64,000 bases of DNA from Sphagnum compactum (Eukaryota): assembly GCA_965153455.1 (NCBI GenBank), contig OZ234493.1, positions 32,292,213-32,356,212 of the forward strand, written 5' to 3'. Both the position numbers and the translations under genes were made by a program. Of this stretch, positions 37,401-49,439 are shown one piece after another. Numbering within the stretch: the stretch's first letter is position 1; each line of letters opens with the position of its first letter. Under the pieces are notes generated by a model, which worked only from the letters and a program-made list of their open reading frames with translations, ran no database searches and was not told the origin of the DNA.

Positions 37401-37670
37401 CGAAAGGATCCACAATGGAGATGTGTGATTGGAAGTGTTGAAACAAATTCCATAAATCTAGACATGTTCAGAATTGACAATGCAGATACATACATAGGTT
37501 TAAAAGCTCTAGTTTTTGTTCCAAAATCAATCTAGAGAGTAACTATTGTAGGATGGGTTATTATCACATCAGTAGATTTGGTTGTTGATGGTGTTGTTAG
37601 AATAATAGATAGTAATGCAAATAGTTTAGATGAGTGTGGCCAGTCTAGTAGCTCAAATAGCGATGGTAAT
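34450..37670 (+). pseudogene. CACTA (En/Spm) TnpD-type transposase relic (Transposase_21 + DUF4218 + DUF4216), 5'-truncated
   Basis: IHACVNGCVLF..CPKC..RKVLRHFPLIPRL; NIKLGLAIDGVNLFG..WPMVLLNYHLPP; IHDFPTYG..GCPPC; LDVMH; GMKSHNFHVMMQ; FPPSFFNIMTYLLIHL..RWIYPMERYMKTLKGYVRNKARPEGS; QIFYFKDPKEKGWKVVL. Numerous stops and frameshifts. Confidence 0.92.
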
Positions 37671-40600
37671 TAATTAGTTCAAGCCCATGAGTTACATTGG
37701 TTTACATTACAATTATTGATGCTAATTACTGATTAGCTTTTATAACCATATGTCCCAAAGCTTATATCTTTAACTTCACTTTAGTTGGGTTTGTTTATAT
37801 TATGATCATAAACATTCAAGTCTTCTATGGTAATTGTTCAACAATGTTATTAGTTTTTGATATTTTATGAAACTCCAAGTTTTTAATCCTTGTAGAATTT
37901 TAACTTTATTCTAGAGTGTAAACTTTGTGTTGTTCAAATGTCCAAGTTATGTTTTCAAGCTCACGTTCTATTTGGTTTTACAATGTATAAATTTAGATGA
38001 TACGTGTTAGCATATTAATGTTCAAATTTTGATTACATAGTTTTTTTGTACATGAAATGTTAATTATGCCCATTGGTTACGTTACATAGGTGCAAAATTA
38101 CATTTGTAGATTAATTTTACCCACTTTTCCAGTTGTTGGTGATTATGTTTATCCCTTCCCCCTTCGCAAAATCTATTTACATATATTAGCAAATTATGTT
38201 TGCATGTTTGTAGACCCAAAAAATTTAACTTGAAACTCTAACTATTGTTGCAAATCACTAATTATTCTTACCAGGTATTTACCTCATTTAGTCATTTGAT
38301 TTTCCATAAATCATGACCATGTTAAATGAACAGATCAATACAAAGGACAACAAGCTTATAACTAGGGGAGGATATAAAGACCTCATATCAATTTGCCCTT
38401 CTTTGAATCCTAGATACATAATGTTATATAATCATTTCTTGGAGTTGGTCATCATTTTGATGTGTTTACTTCGTACTTGTGTCAAAGGCAAGGCACAAAG
38501 CATTCAAGTTATGTTTAGTCAAAAGTATGGAGGATTACTCACCTGAAGTAGCCCAATCAAGAATGTCATAAAGAAATCAATTAGATTTTGGATGACTAAT
38601 AGTGACATATTAAACATGACACCTAGAGCATGTACAACACCAAACTTTCATGTCAAAAATAATGAACTCTGAAAAGCAAGCACATCATGGGAATTGATAA
38701 TAATGTAATGCATTTTATTTTCCAATAACTAATTTTGACAATGAAAGGAAACTTTGGATGATCTATGAAAGAAGTTATAGATGATTCCCAAGTTAACCTT
38801 ACATCATATAACCATGTCAAGGGGGAGTAAGTAAAACAACCATGTAAAAAATTCAATGTTTGTCACTCTCCTACTTAAAATAGCTTGTCAAATGATTTGA
38901 GAAAAGTTTGAGAAAGAAAAGAACATGTAGCACATATTGTTAGCAAGCCACAACTAGTGAATTCATTCCTCAAGTTTCATCATTCATTGTTGCATTGAAC
39001 TCACAAAGCCCATGATTGTATGAGGTCGAAAGAAACAAAAAAAATGATCAAACCAACCAATGTCTGCCTCTTTAAGGTTCTTGGCATTTGCTTGCACAAG
39101 GAAACCTTCATCCAAGTCCGTAGGTCTTGTAATTGCTAAAATGTAATAAATTTGTTTCCTACAACTTTACATATTTGAAGCTATAAGTACACTCCCACCC
39201 CATCACCATTACAGTTACCAATCTATCATCTATAATGGCCAATGCCAAATGGGTTGCAACATTTCAACCATTGCTCCTACCTATAATGTAGTTGAAAGAA
39301 ATATGTTGTCAAATCAATGTTGATAGATATATCAAATAGTCTTCTAAAAAAATCCAATTATCAATTAGGAAAGACCTTTCCACATACACAATACACAAAC
39401 ATGTTTAATCTCATTGTTCCACTAATTTGTTTGACATAATTTTAAATTATGTTAAAGGATATAGAGATGACCCAATTTAATAAGATTTTGACACCAAGTA
39501 GGGAAAAGAGGAAACCCAAAATTGAATAACATAGCAAATAGAAACATGATTGAGGAATGTTTTGAACAATAGACATATTCACATGTTAAGGGACCTTGAA
39601 TAGTAATGATCATTAGCTTATAGAACATCCCCATTGACTTCAACATCACCTCCTAACATTACCTAACAATTAGCAAAGGTCAATGTCATACATTAACCAA
39701 CCAACACCCTAAGTTTTGTGTAAAAAAACCAACAATAATTGTTCAAGATTAAACTTAGGATGTTGGCCAATTAAGCAAAATTTGAATGAAAAGGATAAGA
39801 CCAAGGAATTCAAGAGAAAGAAAAACATGAAAAAAGAAAAAAGAAAATCTTAAAACCAAAACACAAAAAAACAAGGGAAGGAAATAGAAACACGAAAAGA
39901 AGTTTAGTGTGCATTAATTGCACACAAGATTGGTAGAACATCACATATGGTGGCGATCTTGTTCAAAATCCAAATAAGTGTTAAAAAGTAATTGACAAGC
40001 ACATGGGACTCTGTACTTATGGCACATTGGGTCATTCTTGGGAGAAAAGAAAAGAACAAGGTGATTCACATTAGGATACATAAAGTTCATTATATATATT
40101 GGCTACAAATGGATGCTATTTGATTAGGAGGTGGGGAATGCCACCTGAAATCAATAAACATTTTGTAAATTGGCAACCTTGTCCAAATGTTAGATTGTTG
40201 AAGATTTGCACATGCTTCGTAATAGCCTCCATTTTTTCAAGTTTTGAAAAAAGTAGAAATAACAATAGTAGGAGAGTTAATCCTCCTTAAGGCAAAAATT
40301 GAAAGCATGCCACTAATGCAAAGAAAATTGATTTGTATAGTAAAAAATAGTGTAATCATGATAGCTACCTAGTCTAGATTAGGCTAAGATAAGGTAAGCA
40401 ACCTATCTTAACTAAACTAAGCTAGGATAGGCAACCTATCTAAGCTAGGCTAGGCTAAGTAGGTAGGATCCTAGATTTGTTTTTGTTCATGGTCGCAAAC
40501 CTTTTTGACTAGTTCATCCCAAATGGCACATGCACTTTGAATGTGACCTATAGTGCATACCATGAATAGTCCATTATTTCATCTAGATATATATTTTACA

Positions 40601-40872
40601 AAATTGAATTTATAGACAAAGGATAAGAATAAATTCTAATAGAAGGGAAACACAACATTATGTAACATTATTACATCCTTTTTCTTGTGCACAAAAACAC
40701 TATCACAAATTCACACAATAAAATACCTATTTTTAACCTATTTACTTACTACCTATTACTTAGCCTATTTCATCTTAAGTTATTTAAAATTATTCTTGGT
40801 CATTTAGATTATTTCACATTATGTTATCTTAGGTTATTATAAATTATTCTAGGTTATTCCACCTTAAAATAA

Positions 40873-41036
40873 TTTTAATTATTCTATGTTATTCCACTTT
40901 GAATATCTACGCTTTTTTAAAATTATTTTAATTATTCTATGTTATTCCACTTTGAATATCTACGCTTTTTTAAAATTATTTTAATTATTCTATGTTATTC
41001 CACTTTGAATATCTACGCTTTTTTAAAATTATTTTA
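40873..41036. repeat. 53-bp tandem repeat, 3 identical copies
   Basis: The unit aattattctatgttattccactttgaatatctacgcttttttaaaattatttt repeats; anchor attctatg at 40881, 40934 and 40987. Confidence 0.95.
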
Positions 41037-42731
41037 GGATATTTTTCTTTAGGTTATGTTAAACTAATTAGCCTAAGTTAATTTAAATTATTCTATCATA
41101 ACCTATTAGAAGTTATTATAACCTAAATTAATTTGAGTTAATAACCCTATTTTATTTTAGGTTATTCCACGTTATAATATTTTCATTTATTTTAAGTTAT
41201 TATAATTGGTTAAATTGTTTTATTTTGTGTACAACACATTTTAACAAAGAAACAAAATGAAAAAATTATAATGTGTAGAAACCCTATCTACAAATAATTA
41301 TTTACATTGAATGGTGCTTCATTCTAAATAAGTTAGAAAACGAATTCAAACCACCAAATCCAATAATCCCATTTGTTTGGAAAACAAATGTTCACCCTTA
41401 AACACAACCTTATTATGCAAAAATTGAAAATGATGATTCATTTCTACCTTTTTTAGTGGTCCTTTAAAATTTTCACAAACATACCAAATTTTATTATACA
41501 TTGAATTATTTGTTCACTTAAGATCATTAAAAAAAAAATTCAAACCACCAAATCTAGTAATTTCATTAACCATAACATATTTTTTTCACACTTAAAACAC
41601 ATGTACATTTGTAATTATAATTTATAGTAACAATTCAAGTTTAATATGATGCCACGCGGTGTTTAATTGCTTATGAATCACATTACCTAATTGTAAAAAC
41701 AACTAAATTTTCATCTATCATTGGATGGCACTAGTTGTTGAATGATATGACTACATTTTTCAACTTCATTTTCTTCCAAACTAATAATGCAAATCATAAT
41801 CACATATGTAATTTTTAAATATTTTTTAATTGCATATGCAACTACAAGTTGTTTTTACCATGTGCCACGGATGATAGTCGCATTAGTAGTTGCTAAAATG
41901 ATTGATTTGGACACAAGTTGCAAACACATGAGGTAGTATGAACAAGATTCCTTATAATGAACATAGGTATTAAAAATTTGAGGAGCTTTACTTTCAGGTT
42001 TCAAAAATGAAACAATTTTCCACAAGTGTTTAGTACAAAATCCTCCCACTTGTTAACCTTCAATTTCTTGTTCTATTGGTTATATGGATGCAAATGGAAG
42101 AACATGTAATAGTGTACAAGTGTAACCATTGTTTAGTTTTACATGCTTTAATGTAAAAAAACCATTAATGTTTTTAAATTATGTTAAATCACTATGATAG
42201 GTTTTTGAAATATTCAAGGAAGAATTTGAAATGAATATAAGGAATATAAATTTTTAAATGATGTAATCAGTTTTTTATTACTATTTCATAATCACAAATT
42301 ACCACCAATTCCTTGAAATGTTTGAAGATATGTTTAAAAACTTGAAGAAAAATAATAAGAGAATTTTTTAAATATATATATATTCAAAAGTAAAGGATTG
42401 AAATCCTTGAACTAACATTAGTTTTATGACTCCATATATCATTGCATTTGTAGTTGTATGTGCCATTAGCAACTACATGTGATTATATGATTATGTAGTT
42501 GATTCAAACTTGTTGCTTTTACCACCTAATCACAGATGTGGTCATAATTGTAAATGTCAATTCATGATTTTTGCAATTGTGGTCATGCCAGACACATGAC
42601 TACATATATGATTGGACATGACACGTGGCTTCTACCTACCTAACTTAAACTACCTGGTGTTGACCTACCTACCCACCTTACCTTACCTAGGCTAGCCCTA
42701 GGTTATGTTAGCCCCCTAGGCATGAATATAG

Positions 42732-42800
42732 GTTCGTGTATAAGGACTTGAACCCCTCACTTTCATGATGAGAAACCAAGTCTTTAACTAGTGCACCAAA
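42732..42800 (-). repeat. tRNA-derived SINE-head-like/pseudo-tRNA relic
   Basis: Minus strand has A-box-like TGGTGCACTAGTTAA and a consensus B box GGTTCAAGTCC (42754-42744). The cloverleaf is not intact. Confidence 0.4.
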
Positions 42801-43024
42801 TTCATAAGATGTTAAAATTTTGTCAAAGTAGTATTATGAACATGTGTTTATTTCACACCTTATGTATTATTAATTATGTAGGAAGGCAAGTATTATGTAG
42901 GCATGTAAATAGGATGTAAATAAGTAATTATCTACCATTTAATAACTTACTAGCTTGTAGGTCTATGTTGACTAATGTTTAGTTTCACCTGACTACTTAC
43001 TTAACCTAACCTAACCAACTAGGT

Positions 43025-45258
43025 ATAGGCTTTTTTGTGTGAATGATAATCAAGATGTTGATATTGAACATCCAAAGATTATGCATTGCATCTTGTGCCA
43101 TGATGGTTTAGCCATGTATCACATACCATAACACAAACAAGAAAGGGATTAATTTCATATTATAAAACAAAATTGGAATAACATTTCTAAAAATACATGT
43201 TGATGTAAACCATGTGCCATTGTTGCAAAATTGTTTGAAGAAGAAATGAATAATTTAGTGTAATGAAAAGAAGAAAGAAGACCAACAAAAAATTAGACAA
43301 AATGTGTTTGGGGGATTTATCTCAAAAACAATCATTGTGAAAGATTCTTCAAATAGGATGATGTGTAATAGAAAGAGACCCTTGAAGACTTGGGTTTTTT
43401 TATTTTGAAAAACAATTTGCTGATCAAATTTGTGGAAAGTGTTTGACTCAAATATCTAGCTTTTCACTTGTGTCCAAGGATTTTTTCCCTTATAGAAGAC
43501 ATTTTTCACACAAAATATTACCAAGGTTGGTAGAAAAATCTAAGGAGCTTTATGTTTTTCTAGTGCTAAAAAAATATCATTATGCAACTACTAGTTTTGA
43601 TATATGGATGTCCAAAGGGGCATATGTTGTGTTTGCTTTAGTCATTAACTTTTTAGGAAGTGATTGGCAACTAAAACATGTCACTATTAACCTATTTGAA
43701 GCTATCTAAAACATGTCCTAGTTCAAATTTTGATAGATTTGTTAAACAAGTATGGCATAAGAAATAAAAATCATTATTTATGATAAAAATGAAGGGTCTA
43801 ACCTCAATGCAATGACTAGTGAAATCAATTGTGAGTTGTGAATCTTTTGGTTTAGAGGAAAGTTTTTTGTGAACTTAGTTTGGTCATGTTTTTTTCCAAA
43901 TGATGTCAATATGACACAACATATGAAAAAATGTGCAAAAGTTTGAAATATGTTTCTATTGAATCTACATAAGCAAATTTGTACAAATGCATCACTTAGC
44001 CCAATTTTTTTGGAAAAGGAAAGTAGGAATGAAACAAAGCCTATGTTGAAACTAGAATTCACCCAAGGAAGCTAAATGTCTAATGAAAACAAGGTAGTGA
44101 ATTTTGTTTATTTTAGATTATTTTTCAATTTTAGAACTTTTGTTTTTGATCATATAATATTAAACATTAAACTAATTTGGTTGTTATTGCTTTGTGAATT
44201 TATTAGCAAAATAATCATGTTTCAAGAGACATTACATTTTCAAGTAGCTGTTGTGTTTTATTACAATAGCAAAACTATTGTGAAGGTTACTAGATGAATG
44301 CCACCTCCTCTAACATGGCACATCTTTGAAATTATTATGAATTGCATTTTTCATTATCATTGTTTGGGTTTTAAACTAGAGTCCCATGGACATTAGTTAC
44401 TTGATGATACATTCCATTTTGCAATTTCCATGAGTTCAGAACCTTAGGAAAAAAAATGAAAATTTCTTCTTTTTTATAACTTAATGAAAGATTAGTCATG
44501 TGTTGCTGATGCGTTCATTTTATTAGTTTCTATAACATTAAAAGGAATTTTGTGAAATATTGGATTTTTTTCATTTCATTCTTAAAAACATTAAATGAAG
44601 AAAAAAAATCCCACAACATGTTTTCCTTGATGTTAAACCTTAGATTTAAAAGTTTTCTTATATTAGTTTCATTTGTTGAAAGGGAACAAGGTGTTGATAT
44701 TGTTCAAGAACATGATAGGAAGTCTTTGTATCCTATGAAGTTGAAATGCCATGAACGTTTTCATCCCTTAATAGAATTTCAAAAGAGTGTTGTCAACTCA
44801 AATATCTTTATCATGATTATAGTTTGGATATATTTGAAGAGATTGCAAGTTTAAGTGATCCAACAAAAGAGTTTATCACAAGGAATTGTTGAGTTTTAAA
44901 CAATATCAAATGAATTTGAAAGACATCAAATGTTCATTTCAATAGTGAGAAAAGCATGAATCAATGTTTCCTATTTTTTGTTTATTTGTTTGTTAAATTT
45001 TAAACATTGTTGAATCACAAATTGAGATGAAAAAGATTTTTTCCTTGGTCAAAATAGTTATTAATCTTAGAAGATGTCATTTTACAGACTATTTTTTATA
45101 AAAAAGTTGATGTTTGTGAACAAAAACTATTCAAGGTAGGTTGTAAATATTTGTTTAATTTTAATAAAATTCATTGAAATTGATGAAGATCTGAAAGAAA
45201 AGTCCAAAAAAATAAAATTGAAGGTGATTTTGAGAAAGATGAAATTATTAAATTATGA
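43025..45258 (+). pseudogene. hAT-superfamily transposase relic
   Basis: BED-finger-like FFCVND..IMHCILCH..KGLISYYK..HVD; catalytic-region TTSFDIWMSKGAYVVFALVINFL; LMLNLRFKS; dimerisation domain-like KHESMFP..SQIEMKKIFSL..NLRRCHL..MFVNKN. Heavily disrupted. Confidence 0.85.
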
Positions 45259-45704
45259 AATTAAACAATAAATTGTTGATGCCTATCAATTTCATTAGGA
45301 AAAAAATTACATTTTTACTTTAATTTTGTGATTTCAAAAAAAAACATAGTTAATTTGTGAAAAGCATCTAAAAATAATTGATTGTTCTCAAATTTATGAC
45401 ATTTTGAAAACTGTTAATTAATAATAATAATTTAAATCGATATCCTTCACCAATATCTGGAAAAATATTTTTTGAATAAAGAATTGAAATGCCTATATGG
45501 GCCTTCTTGTGTACATTCGGTTAATTTTGGAAGTTTAGACCAAATTTATTATGTCGGAAATTATTAAAATTAATTAATTTTAAACTTTTATTTACTTAAT
45601 GATTAAATGATTGATAATTAATTTTTTGAAATTTAAAAAAAAATATTTATAAAAACCTGCTTATTTACTTTGCCCCCTATTGACATTGAAGAAATTCCAC
45701 ATTA

Positions 45705-45730
45705 AAGAAAGAAAGAAAGAAAGAAAGAAA
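45705..45730. repeat. (AAAG)n microsatellite
   Basis: About 6 copies of aaag. Confidence 0.9.
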
Positions 45731-45887
45731 ATTGAGGGGGTGTGAATCCGCCACATCAGCATCTACATGGACAAAAAGGGTAGCCTGGTGTGTGGGCAGT
45801 GACGAGCTCGAACTTTTTGGTCGACGTGTTGCAATAGAACACGACCACTTTGAGTCCAGTTCACACCGGAACGGTTGTGGAAAGAAA

Positions 45888-45900
45888 GAAGCCTCCAGAA
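45888..45900 (+). promoter_or_regulatory. Imperfect heat-shock element upstream of mtHsp70
   Basis: GAAgcCTCcaGAA has 1 mismatch to GAAnnTTCnnGAA. It precedes a CT-rich leader, ~250 bp before the ATG. Confidence 0.3.
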
Positions 45901-46145
45901 ACCCCTAAAACCCCTTCTCCAAGTCTTCTCTCGCAGGCTTCTTCTTCGCCGCTTGCGCGCACGCCGATTCCCTCAAGATCTCACTCTCCCTCTTTATCCA
46001 TCGCTCGCTCACTCACTCACTCAATCACACACTCTCTGTCTCTCTCTGTCTCCTCTTCTCTCGCTTTTGTTGCTTTTTATGCGCATTTGTGGCTTTGTGT
46101 GAGATCAGAAGCGAAGGGAGACAGACAGTCCAGAGAGAAGTTGTG

Positions 46146-49100
46146 ATGGCGAGGGTGGGGATGTTGGCAGCCCGGCTGCTGAAAAATAACGCGAGATGTC
46201 ACGGTTCATACCTTATTTCACATGTATGTACCCTCGTATCCATACTTGTTTCTTCGTTTTTTTTTTTTCCTTCCGGGGGGGGCGGGGGAGCGGTTGTGTG
46301 GAAGACGCTGTTTTAGGAGGAGAGTTGTCAATGTTTTTGTTTCTTCTTTTAGGAGTCGGAGATGGTCATTTCCGTACTTTGTTCATGAATCTACTCGTGG
46401 TTATGTTTATGAAAGGCCTTAAACCCCTGCCGCCTTGTGGGAAGGAATAATGGCAAAGAGAAGGAGAGAGAAAAAGCTAATTGGAATAATGGAGTTCTAC
46501 CTGGTAGGGTTTATGGTACAAGAAACAAGTGCATGACAATCCCATGTAGATCGGAAAATGTTTGATTGGCATGCAACCTTTAGTGTTGTGTGATGTCTGT
46601 CAAGAAACTTTTTTTTTCTTTTCTTTATTGGCCGAGTTCTCGCGGTAGGACATCATAGTCCCTAGCCCTCCAGGGCCCAAGGTTGTCACAGATAAGACTT
46701 TGAGTAAGTGGCAGAAGAAGGAATATTTATTTGGAATAGACATAATACCATATTGAATTTTATCATACTGTTGAAAACTGTTGTTTTTTTCTTTTTTCTG
46801 GAGAAACTGGATGTAGGCATTATGGATGTGATTTGTGGGATCGAACCTGACAATGATTACCGCTTTGTTTGTTCTGCAGGCCTCGGAAGCACAAACATCA
46901 GGTTTGACACCATCTTGGCTGCGAGGATTGACCAATGCAACCAGATCTTACAGGTTTGGCATCAGTTCTTTTTCAGATTCATGATGATATTTGCAAACTA
47001 CTGCAAGGTGCAAATTTCAATGGAGCTTGCCTTTTTAGAGGGAGGGTCTGATGTGACCATTGGTTACCCTGGTGTTTGCAGCTCCAAAGCAGCAGGGAGT
47101 GACGTTATTGGCATTGATCTAGGTACCACCAACTCATGTGTTGCAGTCATGGAAGGGAAGGTAAGAACTTGATTTGTGTCATTGATTGCTATGGTGTTGA
47201 GCATTTGAGAACAAAGGGGGGAGGTAGTCAACATGCCCCATTTTGACTTGCAATCAGAGAGTGCGCTTCCTTTTTTGTGTTGTTGTCAGCTTGCTGGGTT
47301 TCCCCTGTTTCTGACTGGTCTTTGGAATGGTGTTTCCTAACTGAGTTTGATCTTATTCTATTTGTGTATAGATGCCACGAGTTATAGAGAATGCTGAGGG
47401 GGCTCGAACAACACCATCAGTAGTGGCCTTCACACCTAAGGGTGAGCGACTCGTTGGCACACCAGCAAAGCGCCAGGCTGTGACCAACCCAACCAACACG
47501 CTTTTTGGCACAAAGCGTCTGATAGGTCGTCCTTTTGATGATGCACAGACACAAAAAGAGGCCAAGATGGTGCCATACAAGATTGTCCGAGCACCAAATG
47601 GTGATGCCTGGGTTGAGGCTGGTGGTCAGAAATACTCACCAAGCCAGGTGGGAGCTTTTGTTTTAGGGAAGATGAAAGAGACAGCAGAGTCCTATTTGGG
47701 TCGGCCAGTTTCCAAGGCAGTCATTACTGTCCCAGCATACTTCAATGATGCACAACGGCAAGCCACAAAGGATGCTGGACGTATTGCAGGGCTTGATGTG
47801 CTGAGGATCATCAATGAGCCCACAGCTGCATCATTGTCATATGGCATGGATCGCAAGGAAGGGCTGGTGGCCGTCTTTGATTTGGGGGGTGGAACCTTTG
47901 ACATTTCAATCTTGGAGATTTCAGGAGGTGTCTTTGAGGTATGTTGTCACCTATCCAGATGTTGGGGTATCACTCATTTTCTTCACTTCAATGTGCTTGT
48001 CGGACTAAATGGTGTGCTCAGGGTTTTAGTTTAATGTTTCAATGACATTCATAGTTGTTGGGGGGGAATATTTGAATTTGGGGCAGCATTTCTGCCCCTT
48101 GTTGTTTTGGGGAAGGGGTAAGATGTCTGCTCTTCTTCCTGTTTCCAGTGCTGAAAGTTTGAACTATTGCATCTGCCAGGTGAAGGCCACTAATGGAGAC
48201 ACCTTTTTGGGAGGAGAAGACTTTGATAATGCACTTTTGCAATACCTTGTTGATGAGTTCAAGAAGGAGCAAAGCATTGACCTGTCATCAGATCGGCTGG
48301 CACTGCAGCGCTTAAGAGAGGCAGCTGAGAAGGCCAAGGTGGAGCTCTCCTCTACGCCTCAGACTGATATTAATTTGCCCTTTATTACTGCTGATGCTTC
48401 TGGTGCTAAGCACCTGAATGTGACACTCACACGGGCCAGGTATGAGCAACTAGTGAATCACCTGATTGAGCTCACAAAGCAGCCTTGCAAGGACTGTCTC
48501 AAGGATGCTGGTGTAACAGCCAAGGAGATTGATGAAGTACTGTTAGTGGGAGGCATGACTCGCATGCCTAAGGTCCAGGAGGTTGTGCAGAACATCTTCA
48601 ACAAGGCTCCAAGCAAGGCGGTCAACCCAGATGAGTGTGTGGCCATGGGTGCGGCTATCCAAGGCGGAGTTTTGCGTGGTGATGTTAAGGACATTCTTCT
48701 GCTGGATGTAACACCTCTGTCCTTGGGTATTGAGACACTGGGAGGAGTGTTCACACGACTAATCACTCGTAACACTACTATCCCCACCAAGAAGAGTCAA
48801 GTGTTCTCAACAGCAGCTGATGGGCAAACTCAGGTCGGTGTGAAGGTGCTTCAAGGAGAGCGTGAGATGGCAGCCGACAATAAAATCCTTGGGCAGTTTG
48901 ATCTTGTAGGTATCCCCCCATCACCCCGTGGAGTTCCTCAAATTGAGGTTACCTTTGACATTGATGCCAATGGTATTGTAAATGTCTCTGCTCGAGATAA
49001 GGCAACTGGGAAGGAACAAGCTATCACAATCCAGTCATCAGGAGGCCTGTCAGAGGCGGACATCCAAAAAATGGTGAGGGATGCCGAACTTCATTCCCAG

Positions 49101-49439
49101 AAAGATATAGAGCGGAAACAGGCAATTGATGCAAAAAATGAGGCTGACACCACAATCTACTCAGTTGAGAAGAGCTTGACTGAGCATAAGGAGAAGCTGC
49201 CCCAGGATGTAATTGATTCTATTACCAATGCAGTGGCTGATTTGAAGAAGTCCATGGAGTCTGAGAATGTTGAGGACATAAAACAAAAGATATCTGCCGC
49301 TCAGACAGCTTCAATGAAAATTGGAGAGACACTAATGAAGCAACAGCAGCCCTCAGGGTCAAATGCATCTGGTACTGGGTCAGCTGGTGGCCAAGCAACA
49401 GAAGCAGAGTATGAGGATGTGAAAGAGGGAAAGAAATGA
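46146..49439 (+). CDS. mtHSC70: Mitochondrial Hsp70 (mtHsc70/DnaK-type), 5 exons, 685 aa
   Basis: Exons 46146-46223, 46880-46953, 47082-47160, 47372-47938 and 48180-49439, all GT-AG and in frame. Arg-rich presequence ending [23 protein letters not shown]. Contains [38 protein letters not shown] and [11 protein letters not shown], and ends [12 protein letters not shown] with no cytosolic EEVD. Confidence 0.96.

Noticed and set aside
46981..47051. Possible intronic box C/D snoRNA in mtHsp70 intron 2 (ATGATGA ... CTGA)
   Set aside because: No terminal stem, no clear C'/D' boxes, and no rRNA/snRNA guide complementarity I can recognise. A snoscan/Infernal search would be needed.
47353..48790. Minus-strand ORFs overlapping Hsp70
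   Set aside because: Antisense shadows of a conserved Hsp70 coding sequence, with no independent support.
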